In this document: positions 19,260 through 29,214 of the stretch, one piece after another | Layout: every line of letters starts with the position of its first letter | Numbering within the stretch: position 1 is the first letter of the stretch | Origin: Candidatus Bathyarchaeota archaeon | GTDB lineage: Archaea > Thermoproteota > Bathyarchaeia > Bathyarchaeales > SOJC01 | Assembly (NCBI GenBank): GCA_020354575.1 | Contig: CP070649.1 | Coordinates: 830,504-894,503, forward strand | DNA length: 64,000 nt | Direction: 5' to 3' | Made by a program: the position numbers and the translations under genes | Notes under the pieces: generated by a model | Database searches by the model: none | Seen by the model: the letters and a program-made list of their open reading frames with translations, nothing else | What the model was told of the DNA's origin: nothing

Positions 19260-19724
19260 TTAGAATTGCTCCAGTATATCCTTCTTTTCCATTATGTAGC
19301 TGCAATAGTGGCATCTTATCATTAGTGGATCTTGGGATTTTACATAGAATTTCGGCTGTATTGGTTCGTTGCTGTTAGATATACAAGCTGGGTTTCCGCA
19401 TTGTGCTATTCCTTTTATGATGTCGGGCAATCTCACCCGCTTCTTATTAATGACTTTGTAGTTGCGGATGATGTTGATTGATGCACGCGGAGCTAATAAC
19501 GCGATTTTGTCGACTTCTTCGGGTTTGAGTTCTCTACCCTCTACTTTAACTATATCTTTTGTCGTTAGCTGTTTACTTGGGACATACATTGCGATCAGCA
19601 CCGTTCCTCTAGTTCGTCCAGTTATTCCTAGAATTTTTACGACGTCCAATGCATGACCTCCAGTGATGTGGTCAATGACTGTGCCATTCTTGATTTTTGA
19701 AACGAGGAGAGTAGTTTCGACCAT
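19260..19724 (-). CDS. pyrI: aspartate carbamoyltransferase regulatory subunit
   Basis: LLVSKIKNGTVIDHI... plus a C-terminal Zn domain (CGNPACIS...CHYC). Confidence 0.9.
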   Translation of the reverse strand: MVETTLLVSKIKNGTVIDHITGGHALDVVKILGITGRTRGTVLIAMYVPSKQLTTKDIVKVEGRELKPEEVDKIALLAPRASINIIRNYKVINKKRVRLPDIIKGIAQCGNPACISNSNEPIQPKFYVKSQDPLMIRCHYCSYIMEKKDILEQF

Positions 19725-19824
19725 TTATAGACGGCCTCTCAAACAGTTTCGTAATAAGAGAGCTATATGATTTTTCCTGGCAAAGAAGTTATTTATCACC
19801 TGTTCATTTTTGTGTTTGGTGTAG

Positions 19825-20748
<924 letters not shown>

Positions 20749-20903
20749 AATTCACTTGTCGTAGTATCTGAAACATACGTGCAATCAAAGCAGAGACTTG
20801 TACTTGATCTTTGTATTGTTATTTGGAAGAAAAGGCAGCATCCGAAACCATAAGATTCTTGTTGCAAAGTGCACATGTTAAACTGCGAAACTCTGTGAAC
20901 AAC

Positions 20904-21006
20904 GCGGCGGTTGCCGAGCCAGGTCAATAAAGAATTGGCTAAAGGCGAAGGACTCAAGATCCTTTCCCGTAGGGGTTCGCCGGTTCGAATCCGGCCCGCC
21001 GCACCA
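20904..21006 (+). tRNA. tRNA-Leu (anticodon CAA), CCA encoded, with a roughly 15-nt insertion (putative non-canonical intron) in the D-loop
   Basis: Acceptor GCGGCGG/CCGCCGC. Anticodon stem AAGGA/TCCTT with loop CTCAAGA. Long variable arm and T-arm GCCGG-TTCGAAT-CCGGC. The D-arm reads GCCGAGCCAGGTCAA[TAAAGAATTGGCTAA]AGGC, 15 nt longer than a standard Leu D-arm. Confidence 0.85.
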
Positions 21007-21097
21007 AATTCTGCTTGCAGTTAAAATGATAAAGGACAATTTCAGCTTGCTGCTACTGCTTAATAAGCTGAGTTCCATATAAATCCGGGGATTCATT

Positions 21098-21862
21098 GTG
21101 CAAGTTGTTGCTCTTTCAGTCTCCCTCATTAGACCAAAGGACAACCTAGTTCCAATTCTGCTTAGGACAATCACAAAGCACAACGTAAAACTTGAAGATC
21201 GAGATATTATAGCAATATCTTCGAAGGCTTTGGCAATAGCACAAGGGCAGATCATTAGACTCAATCAAATCAGCTGCTCCCGGGATGCGATAAAATTAGC
21301 TAAAGAATATATCTTAAAGCCCCAGCTCGTTGAGTTGATATTAAGAGAAGCCGATAAAATCTTAGGGGGATCAAAAAAAGCTCTACTTACTATAAAAAAC
21401 GGAATTCTGACTGTAAACGCTGGTATTGATACTAAGAACGCCCCCAAAGGCTACGCTGCATTATGGCCTAGAAATCCTCATCACTCTGCTCAACTCATTC
21501 TTTGTGAAGTGGAAAAGGAGACCCAAAAAAATATCGGAATCATAATTGTCGATAGCGTAGTTGCACCACTTAGGATGGGTACACGAGGCTTGGCTCTAGC
21601 CATTGCAGGTTTCAAACCAGTCCAAGACTGCAGAAATAGGCCAGATCTATATCAAAAACCTTTACAAATCACTCGACATTCACTGGCAGATGACCTCGCA
21701 TCCACTGCGCATCTATTAATGGGTGAAACAAACGAAAAAATCCCTTTTGTCCTCATCAAAGACGCTCCTGCCGAATTTACAACAGAAAAATATCTCCCTA
21801 ATGAGCTGCAGATTCCGCACGATCAATGTGCTTTTGCACAGGCGTATATGCAAAAAACCTAA
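21098..21862 (+). CDS. cofE: coenzyme F420-0:L-glutamate ligase (CofE)-like protein
   Basis: DRDIIAISSKALAIAQG, NAGID.SN-like NAGIDTKNAP, and IIIVDS...LRMG. Confidence 0.65.
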   Translation: MQVVALSVSLIRPKDNLVPILLRTITKHNVKLEDRDIIAISSKALAIAQGQIIRLNQISCSRDAIKLAKEYILKPQLVELILREADKILGGSKKALLTIKNGILTVNAGIDTKNAPKGYAALWPRNPHHSAQLILCEVEKETQKNIGIIIVDSVVAPLRMGTRGLALAIAGFKPVQDCRNRPDLYQKPLQITRHSLADDLASTAHLLMGETNEKIPFVLIKDAPAEFTTEKYLPNELQIPHDQCAFAQAYMQKT

Positions 21863-22596
21863 TCATTAATATTAAACCCGAGAGCCCTCAAAGCCTTTAT
21901 CAGAGCTACTCCAATTAATGTTGCAGTCACAGCAATGATTACTCTCTCAATAGGATACAACCATGTAAGGAGTTCCCAATTTGCTCTCCAAACACTGACC
22001 TCAGGGATGAGAATGGGCCAATAAACGAGCTCATACATCAGACTACCCACAACATGACCAAAAAGAGAAGCGAAAAAAAACATCGCTCCTAACTCGAAAG
22101 CTAACGCAAATTTATATGAATAATCGCGCAGGACACTCCTTACCTTCCATTGAAGAGGAGCGAAATAAAAAACTAAAGCACATATATGCAGCCATAAGAA
22201 AGAGGGCCATAGCCATGCGGGTCCTACAACTGGAAAGAAGGCAAAAACAACCAGTGCAAATGAGTATGCGATGCCACAGAACCCTCGCTTCTTTTCATGT
22301 AGCAGTCCTGCACACAAGGCAGAAGCGAGATGAGGAAAAAAGCTAATGATACCAAAAGGACCAAGTGGCATCAAAAATGCTCCAATGATTCCTCCAACAG
22401 TAATCGCAAGAATACTTAGCCAAGATCCTAAGATAATCCCAAGTAACGGGGCCATCACAACTCCGGCTTTGATGAAGCCCCCTTGTCCGCCGACCAGAGG
22501 AAATAGATTCCACGAAGAGAAGACCATGTATAATGAAGAGAAAACAATAATTAGCGCAATGTTTCTTGTGGATAACTTAGGGACTTCTAATTTCAT
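21859..22596 (-). CDS. polytopic membrane protein (possible ECF-type substrate-capture component)
   Basis: About 6 TM helices in 245 aa. No catalytic motif, so the function is a guess. Confidence 0.4.
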   Translation of the reverse strand: MKLEVPKLSTRNIALIIVFSSLYMVFSSWNLFPLVGGQGGFIKAGVVMAPLLGIILGSWLSILAITVGGIIGAFLMPLGPFGIISFFPHLASALCAGLLHEKKRGFCGIAYSFALVVFAFFPVVGPAWLWPSFLWLHICALVFYFAPLQWKVRSVLRDYSYKFALAFELGAMFFFASLFGHVVGSLMYELVYWPILIPEVSVWRANWELLTWLYPIERVIIAVTATLIGVALIKALRALGFNIND

Positions 22597-22680
22597 TTTG
22601 CTTACCTTTAATTAGTATGTCTTTAAATTTCGAAGTGCAAAACGCAAGAACAACTAATTTTTCAGAACTTAGGTGGCAAA

Positions 22681-23301
22681 TCAAAATTTTAGGGATTCTT
22701 CTTTGATTCCCTTCTCTGTAATTACAAGCAGATCAATTCCATTTCCACTCATGGCGTCCCTACTAATTGCGGACTTCATCGCACTGATCGCCAACTCTTT
22801 TGCCTTCTCCAAGCTCATATTGTCTCGATATTCTTCCTCCAATACGCCCACAGCGATTTCTGCGCCAGTGCCTACGGCTGCATATTTATCGGGAAGTACT
22901 GAACCTAAAACATCTAAGACATAAATTGAAGCGCCATCATCATCGACTCCGCCTATAATGGTCTGAGTGATCAGCGGGAATAATCGTCTACCAAAAAGAA
23001 GATTTGACATAACTTTAGCTGCTGATCTTATAGAAATCTTTCGACCGCTATCGAGTTTGAAGAGATTTGCGTAAGCTTCAACTTCGCGGATGAGAATTTG
23101 CATATCGGAGACAAGTCCCGCACATGCGGCCCCAATATGTTTAGTGACTCTAAAGACTTTCTTACCAGTCTTGCTCATTACGAAATAACCATAGGTTACC
23201 CTCTTTTCCGATGCTAGCAAAACACCATCAGAAAAAACCAAACCAATCGTTGTTGCACCTGGCAACATGAAACGAGAATACTGTTGATCTTGCTCAATCA
23301 C
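22681..23301 (-). CDS. psmB: proteasome subunit beta
   Basis: Propeptide followed by TTIGLVFSDGVLLASEKR (N-terminal Thr nucleophile). Confidence 0.92.
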   Translation of the reverse strand: MIEQDQQYSRFMLPGATTIGLVFSDGVLLASEKRVTYGYFVMSKTGKKVFRVTKHIGAACAGLVSDMQILIREVEAYANLFKLDSGRKISIRSAAKVMSNLLFGRRLFPLITQTIIGGVDDDGASIYVLDVLGSVLPDKYAAVGTGAEIAVGVLEEEYRDNMSLEKAKELAISAMKSAISRDAMSGNGIDLLVITEKGIKEESLKF

Positions 23302-23417
23302 TGTTGTTTTCCCCAGATGTTGGTTTTATAGACTGCCCTCAATTTAAACTTAATCATAAAGAATACATGCGTATTAGAAGTTGATGAAATTAGATACTCG
23401 CTTGATGCTGCCAAGAG

Positions 23418-23837
23418 TTATCGTTGCGGCATTCTTTGAGTCGCGTCATTCTTATTTTCTGGGTCAATATAAAAACTTTCGATAACACGTGTAGGCTCTA
23501 TCCTCAGGCACTTTATGACTTTGCGACAGCCGAAGCATTCATCAGGAAATGGACTGCCCTTTTCTAAGGTTGTTAAATAACCAACATAATGAGGGCACTC
23601 CTTTTCATCTGTATCACTCGTTTTTGGGAGTTGAAGAGGTTTGGTCTGTTTTGCTGCTTTTCGCTCCTTCTTGGTTGGCCTATGCCAACCTTTTGCCTTT
23701 TCTTCTATGTATTTTGAGAGCTTTGGCTCCATGATTGGCTTGAACCTCAAAAGAAGTGAGAAGTATAGCGTAAAGACTAGTATAATTGTTGCGAAGAGCA
23801 AATAGGAGAGGCTGTCAAATAAAAGCATTTTTGTCAT
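23418..23837 (-). CDS. membrane-anchored hypothetical protein with C-terminal Cys cluster
   Basis: N-terminal TM helix, a Lys-rich linker, then CPHYVGY...CFGCRKVIKC. Confidence 0.45.
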   Translation of the reverse strand: MTKMLLFDSLSYLLFATIILVFTLYFSLLLRFKPIMEPKLSKYIEEKAKGWHRPTKKERKAAKQTKPLQLPKTSDTDEKECPHYVGYLTTLEKGSPFPDECFGCRKVIKCLRIEPTRVIESFYIDPENKNDATQRMPQR

Positions 23838-24126
23838 TTAATTCTGCAGGGGGCATTAGTTATAGATTTAGTGATGTGAAAATCCATATGGTAGATCTAT
23901 ATTAGTATATCATTAAACAACACTGCTAACATATTCACATCTAGATGATCTGATATATGCAATGTTTTAAAAATACCTTGAATAGGATGCGAAACTTCCA
24001 AAATTAGCAACTGACAAAACCTACTATGCAGAGTTAAAACTTGGCTTTGCTAATCCTGTTCTTCGCTTTCCTCTTGGTACTCATATCGAAATGTTTGATT
24101 TTTGTCACAAAAAAGGGAAAGAAGGG

Positions 24127-24702
24127 TTATTCTTGAACATCGATGTACATGTCAATTTCGACCATAACGTTTGCCATTGAACCCGAAACTGCCAACGTTT
24201 CAACACGGATTGCCCACTCTTCGTTTGCAGGGATACTCACATAGCTAGTTGTGCTTGGAGTACTCCAGCTAGCGCCACCAGTATAGTTGAAACTCGAAAT
24301 CACAGTAGTTCCGTTTTGTGCAATTAGAATAAAAGCGATTCTCGTGAAGTTGGTTGGGGTTGCTGATCCATTGAGGTTTGTGATTGATTTATGTCTAAAT
24401 CTAACTGAATGTGCGTTCGAAGCGTCTGTGTTACTTAGGTTTATTGCTTCTTCATAGGTCAAAGTAGCATTTGGATATGCCTTGAGACTTGTGAACCTAG
24501 CCCAAGTTCCATCTATAGCATAACCCGTTGCTCCAGCAGTAGCTGAGTCATCTCCAGCTACAAGTTCTATAGTGGGTGCTGATGTGGCGACACGGGGCTC
24601 CATAATCAGGTTATAGTAAGTTGCTGCACTTACAGAAACAACGATGATAGACATTAGCGTCAGAATAAGCATTTTTATCGGTTTGTTGAACATTTTTGCC
24701 AT
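24127..24702 (-). CDS. secreted or cell-surface beta-rich protein, multiply N-glycosylation-sequon bearing
   Basis: N-terminal signal/anchor. Thr/Ser/Asn-rich beta domain with six N-x-S/T sequons (NAT, NLS, NGS, NFT, NGT, NYT). Confidence 0.5.
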   Translation of the reverse strand: MAKMFNKPIKMLILTLMSIIVVSVSAATYYNLIMEPRVATSAPTIELVAGDDSATAGATGYAIDGTWARFTSLKAYPNATLTYEEAINLSNTDASNAHSVRFRHKSITNLNGSATPTNFTRIAFILIAQNGTTVISSFNYTGGASWSTPSTTSYVSIPANEEWAIRVETLAVSGSMANVMVEIDMYIDVQE

Positions 24703-24706
24703 TTTT

Positions 24707-25192
24707 TCACCTCCTCTTCCAATATTTCCTGACGATTTGTGGACTCAGAAGCACCGATATTGAAACGCCTAGGACAATAGCGCTGAAAAGCATGGCTATC
24801 TGAAGAACGAACGTCGAAGCAATTTCGCCTGCGTAGTTAAAGGCAAAAAACCCAGATACGAACAGCATTGGGAATACTACCGCTCCTGAGAAAAGTTTTG
24901 CAATAGTCCATTGTTTCTTATATACCGCAAGGTACAAGCAAAGACCAATCGCCGTGGCTAAAGCGACACTTAAGTAAATGAAACAATACCAGAATCGCAT
25001 ATCTCCACCGAATATTGTCAGAAATTCCCTGCTGATCAGGATATGCACATAGCCACCTAATGCTGCTGCTTGAAAGATATATGGCAGAGCTTTGGGAAAG
25101 TGCTCGTCCAGAAGGCAAGTTAGCAGACTCAGAGCTACGAATATGTCGACACTTAGAAATGCGAAGAACTCCGGCAGCAATACTAAGCCCAA
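24707..25192 (-). CDS. polytopic membrane protein
   Basis: Five predicted TM helices. Lies 4 nt upstream of 24127..24702 on the same strand. Confidence 0.5.
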   Translation of the reverse strand: MGLVLLPEFFAFLSVDIFVALSLLTCLLDEHFPKALPYIFQAAALGGYVHILISREFLTIFGGDMRFWYCFIYLSVALATAIGLCLYLAVYKKQWTIAKLFSGAVVFPMLFVSGFFAFNYAGEIASTFVLQIAMLFSAIVLGVSISVLLSPQIVRKYWKRR

Positions 25193-25443
25193 TTACTCGT
25201 CCTCAGGTTTGTGTCACAATTCAGGTTCCCTTTGGCTCTTTTAAAAAATATGAAGCCTTAATACGGATTTACTAGTGGAGATCATCAAAATGGTAAAAAT
25301 AAAGCGATGTGTGCATATAATGCAATCTTATAGTCTTTTACAATTAATGACATCAAATACACAGGAGAATTCCAATTGCAGAATGAGAAATTATGAATTA
25401 ATAAATAAAGTCTTCACCAAATATAAACCCTGGAGGTAACTTC

Positions 25444-25974
25444 GTGAAATCCCGTGGACTCTACATTGGCAGGTTTCAACCACTTCACTTAGGTCATCTT
25501 CATGCCATTAAATATGTTCTCTCAGAAATGGATGAAGTAATAATTGTTATAGGTAGTGCTCAGTACAGCCACCAATTGGATAATCCCTTTACCGCTGGCG
25601 AACGGTTCACAATGGTTCGCAAAGCATTGAAAGAAGCGCGAATATCACCGTCACGATGTCTGATCATTCCGATTCGTGATATGCATGTCCACATGATGTG
25701 GGTCGCAGAAGTAGAAGGTTATACACCTAGATTCGATTTTGTCTATTCAAATGAACCTCTAACGCGCCGGCTTTTTTTGGAAGCAGGGTTCCAAGTGAAA
25801 TCCATTCCTTTTAAAAAGCGACATCTATATCTTGCTACTAAAATTAGAGAAAGAATGTTGAAAGACAGCAGTTGGACTAAACTTGTACCTAAGAAAGTTG
25901 CTGAGTATATTGAGAAAATTGACGGTATAGGAAGACTTGAGGACTTGACCAAAATTGATAGCGTTCAATGCTAA
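25444..25974 (+). CDS. nadM: nicotinamide-nucleotide adenylyltransferase (archaeal type)
   Basis: GLYIGRFQPLHLGHLHAIKYVL. GTG start. Confidence 0.88.
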   Translation: MKSRGLYIGRFQPLHLGHLHAIKYVLSEMDEVIIVIGSAQYSHQLDNPFTAGERFTMVRKALKEARISPSRCLIIPIRDMHVHMMWVAEVEGYTPRFDFVYSNEPLTRRLFLEAGFQVKSIPFKKRHLYLATKIRERMLKDSSWTKLVPKKVAEYIEKIDGIGRLEDLTKIDSVQC

Positions 25975-26768
25975 TATGTTGGCCAAACACGAATTGAATC
26001 TCCCCGTTTCCCGTTAAACTGTTTTGAGGCTGCTCCCTGATTAATGGAAATTTCTAAGAAGTCATGACTACCAAATATTGCGATGGTTTCGCCTAAAGGG
26101 GCATAATCGTAAGCAGCATGTAATTTTATGCTCTTTGCCTTTGCTCCAATCTTTACGTGAATTTTTTCTTTGATACCAACTTTTTCCAGTAAAGCAGATG
26201 GAATGTTGGAGATGATGTTGCCAAAATTATCAATATGTAATATTTCACCACATGCGACGCTACCCTCCAAGTGTGGCTGCGCAAAATCTGGCACCACATA
26301 ATCTCGAATTTCTCTTCCAAACTCAGCTATTGAAATGCCCCTCGCTAGATGAGCTGCAGCAGGCGCAAAGACATCGCGACCATGGAAAGTCTTTGAAACT
26401 CTTTGGAGCATAAATTCTGGATTTTCAATGACATACACGTGTTTCAGTCCTTGGTTTATTGCAGCCAACATTAACACTCCATTATCCGGACCAACGAGGT
26501 AGCAATTTTTCGTCTTTAGGATTATCGGTCGGCGTTCTGTTCCAACACCTGGATCGACCACAGCTACATGTACAGTATTTTGAGGAAAATATGGTATTGC
26601 AGATGCAAGGACAAAGGCCCCCATTCGAATGTCAAATTTGTCGATATCATGGCTTATATCAATAATCTTAGCTTTAGGGAGTACACATAATATAGTTCCC
26701 TTCATTTCTGCAACATAGGAATCCTTCAGTCCGAAGTCAGAGAGAAGCGTTATTATAACTTGTCGCAT
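25971..26768 (-). CDS. SAM hydrolase / SAM-dependent halogenase family (DUF62) protein
   Basis: ITLLSDFGLKDSYVAEMKG...VVDPGVGT...FHGRDVFAP. Confidence 0.85.
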   Translation of the reverse strand: MRQVIITLLSDFGLKDSYVAEMKGTILCVLPKAKIIDISHDIDKFDIRMGAFVLASAIPYFPQNTVHVAVVDPGVGTERRPIILKTKNCYLVGPDNGVLMLAAINQGLKHVYVIENPEFMLQRVSKTFHGRDVFAPAAAHLARGISIAEFGREIRDYVVPDFAQPHLEGSVACGEILHIDNFGNIISNIPSALLEKVGIKEKIHVKIGAKAKSIKLHAAYDYAPLGETIAIFGSHDFLEISINQGAASKQFNGKRGDSIRVWPTY

Positions 26769-26910
26769 AGTCCTCTCCTTTTCACTATCCTGTGTATATC
26801 ATATTAAATTTCGTAATAATCTTAATTTTCTGGAAGGATTTGGGCTTAAAGTCAGCATTTATATAACGCATCTCTAATTTCCTTTTCCAGATCGAATTGA
26901 GGAAGAACAA

Positions 26911-27153
26911 ATGTCAGATATAACCGACTATCTTAGAGAGAAAATCTCTGAGGTCCGCCTTGCTCGAGTTATCGGTGAAATTATTTGGGCAATTGGATCA
27001 TGCATTTCTATGGCAGGAATTTTCCTAAGACTTCTCACTTTCACAATTCCAGGATTTTCATTGCTGCTTATGGGACTCTATTTAAGTGTCCATTATGAGC
27101 TTCAGCGGCTCAGCTATACACAAGCGCTGGAGAGATTTGCGCAAGAGAGTTAG
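26911..27153 (+). CDS. small two-TM membrane protein
   Basis: 80-aa ORF with two hydrophobic helices. Confidence 0.4.
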   Translation: MSDITDYLREKISEVRLARVIGEIIWAIGSCISMAGIFLRLLTFTIPGFSLLLMGLYLSVHYELQRLSYTQALERFAQES

Positions 27154-27253
27154 ATTTTCGATTTCAAAAGACCCTTAATGTTAGATGTACCGCCTTTACG
27201 CACACAACTTTTTTCAACAAGTTTTTCAGTGTGAAATCACAATTGTCTCCTGT

Positions 27254-27919
27254 ATGAAAGACGAATGTGCAATATGTACAAGGGTGTTATCACTCTACAC
27301 CTTGAGACGTTGCCCTCGATGTAAGAAGCGATTCTGCCGGAGCTGTATGACAGTGAATTTATGGGGCGATCATCGGGATCTCATTTGCCTAAATTGTGCA
27401 AGGAGAATAGTTTCCCCTCGACGCGTTAGCTCCAAGTACGGTCCTATAAAAGAGTATTTATGGAGACGGGGAAAATTCACAAGGATTGTTACTCTGAAAT
27501 TCTCAAGACTTGAAGGAATAATTAATAATAATTTGCCTTTCGCTGCCTTAAGAGACGAAAACTGGTGGAACAACAGTGAATCGACTCCCCAAGGGAACGC
27601 TTGGATAAGCGCTGGTTGGAAGGTTCAAAACGTTGATCTTAAAGAGCGAACTATCACATTCAAGAAAACAGCAAAGGAACTGGAAGCTCGAGCACCTAGA
27701 AAAAGACGCAGAAAGACCCAGAAGCCCTTTACACCTGTACCCGTGAAACCGCGGAGAATCAAAACGCCTTCAAAAACAAGGATTGCAAAGGTAATGGCGA
27801 GAGCTAAAAACATCCAGCGAAGGAGGGCGGCGATGCAATACAAAGGTAAGCTCAAGCCCAAGTCGGCTTATGAAAAGAAACTTTACAAATTAGACGTCAA
27901 ACCGAAAGCTCAAGACTAG
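27254..27919 (+). CDS. four-CxxC zinc-finger protein with central WW-N...AW...GW domain and highly basic tail
   Basis: CAIC-x11-CPRC-x4-CRSC-x13-CLNC, then LKFSRLEGIINNNLPFAALRDENWWNN...NAWISAGWKVQNVDL, then a K/R-rich C-terminus. Start taken at the internal ATG (MKDE). Confidence 0.55.
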   Translation: MKDECAICTRVLSLYTLRRCPRCKKRFCRSCMTVNLWGDHRDLICLNCARRIVSPRRVSSKYGPIKEYLWRRGKFTRIVTLKFSRLEGIINNNLPFAALRDENWWNNSESTPQGNAWISAGWKVQNVDLKERTITFKKTAKELEARAPRKRRRKTQKPFTPVPVKPRRIKTPSKTRIAKVMARAKNIQRRRAAMQYKGKLKPKSAYEKKLYKLDVKPKAQD

Positions 27920-27999
27920 CCTGATACGCATATTTAACTGAGTTCAAGAAAGTAAAACTTAAAACCCGGATACATAACCCTATACTGAGTCGCTCTAAT

Positions 28000-28296
28000 A
28001 TGATAAGAAGACTCGTCCTAGATGTCTTGAAACCACACAAGCCAAGCGTGGTTGACCTTTCTCTAGCATTAAGCAATATTGATGGCATAGAAGGAGTGAA
28101 TGTGATCATTTATGAAATCGATCAGCAGGTGGAAAACGCAAAAGTCATAATTGCCGGAGGAAGCATTGATTTCGAAGTAATCAAGAAAAAGCTGGAGGAA
28201 ATGGGTGCTACAATTCACTCTGTTGATGAAGTTGCAGCTGGCAAGAGAATTATTGAGGAAGTAAGAACACCTCAAGATAGATCTGCCCGAATTTAG
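28000..28296 (+). CDS. DUF211-like protein
   Basis: [24 protein letters not shown]...GVNV pattern recalled from DUF211. Confidence 0.6.
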   Translation: MIRRLVLDVLKPHKPSVVDLSLALSNIDGIEGVNVIIYEIDQQVENAKVIIAGGSIDFEVIKKKLEEMGATIHSVDEVAAGKRIIEEVRTPQDRSARI

Positions 28297-28387
28297 AATT
28301 AATCCTTGCACGCGAGCTTGCGAGCAAGCTCATTCTTAATTTCTTACGCAATCATTTCCTGCTTTTCGGAATAGCCAAAGCTCTTCC

Positions 28388-29044
28388 CTATAAAAGAGAC
28401 ACATCAAAACCTTTCTGCAAGAATGGATTGTTTTTCTTCTCTTCTCTAATGGTAGTCTTTGGCCCGTGACCAGGATAAACAATAAGCTTTTCAGGCAAAA
28501 CAGCTAATTTTTCCCGTAAGGACCTCATTATTTTCGTCCCAGAGCCGCCAGGCAAATCTACTCGACCAATCGAACCAGCAAACAAGGTATCCCCAGTAAA
28601 AACACAATCTTCACCAACAAGAGATATACTTCCTTGACTATGCCCCGGTGTATGTAGAACCAGCAAAGCAAGCTTACCAAATTTGACAACATCTCCGTTT
28701 CTCAAAATACCATCAGCAGGGGAGGATTTTATTGGAAAGCCAAAAAACCCAATCATCTGTTTCCTTACTCCGCTTAACATATTTGCGTCCATTTCATGGA
28801 TGAATATGGGCGCCTTAGTTATGTCCTTTACAATTCCATTTCCGCACGTGTGGTCTGGATGCCCATGTGTATCAATGATGAATTTTAACTGCAATTTGCC
28901 TTCTTTTATGATGCCAAGAATCTCTTCCCACTCATTCTGCCGTTCAAAACCAGGGTCGATCACTAACCCCTCTCTCGTTTCATCACACCACACAACATAG
29001 CAATTTGTGAAAAATGTACCTACTGTGAACATTCGTACATTCAT
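28388..29044 (-). CDS. MBL-fold metallo-hydrolase (glyoxalase II-like)
   Basis: THGHPDHTCGN, HTPGHS and GD motifs. The ORF-track N-terminal extension is rejected; start at MNVRMF or MFTVG. Confidence 0.85.
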   Translation of the reverse strand: MNVRMFTVGTFFTNCYVVWCDETREGLVIDPGFERQNEWEEILGIIKEGKLQLKFIIDTHGHPDHTCGNGIVKDITKAPIFIHEMDANMLSGVRKQMIGFFGFPIKSSPADGILRNGDVVKFGKLALLVLHTPGHSQGSISLVGEDCVFTGDTLFAGSIGRVDLPGGSGTKIMRSLREKLAVLPEKLIVYPGHGPKTTIREEKKNNPFLQKGFDVSLL

Positions 29045-29214
29045 TTTGAATCCTACAACAGCTAGAATTACAATTAACCTTATGAACTTAACTTTGCAGC
29101 ATTTTATCTGTTCCATATGTATGCAATAACTACATCGATTCTGTGCTGGTCTGGACACGTCAACAAGAATATAAGCTATGAGAACAACGAAGAAGGGAGG
29201 CTGAGAAGGCACAC

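Noticed and set aside
20878-21264. 128-aa minus-strand ORF (and 20664..20957) spanning the tRNA-Leu(CAA) gene
   Set aside because: It overlaps a well-formed tRNA and the start of cofE. The composition is not protein-like, so it is treated as a spurious antisense ORF.
23865-23955. Possible C/D-box sRNA (gtgatgtga ... agatgatctga) in the spacer downstream of 24127..24702
   Set aside because: The box spacing does not fit the C-guide-D'-C'-guide-D architecture, since C' and D are adjacent. There are no terminal stems and no identifiable rRNA/tRNA-complementary guide.
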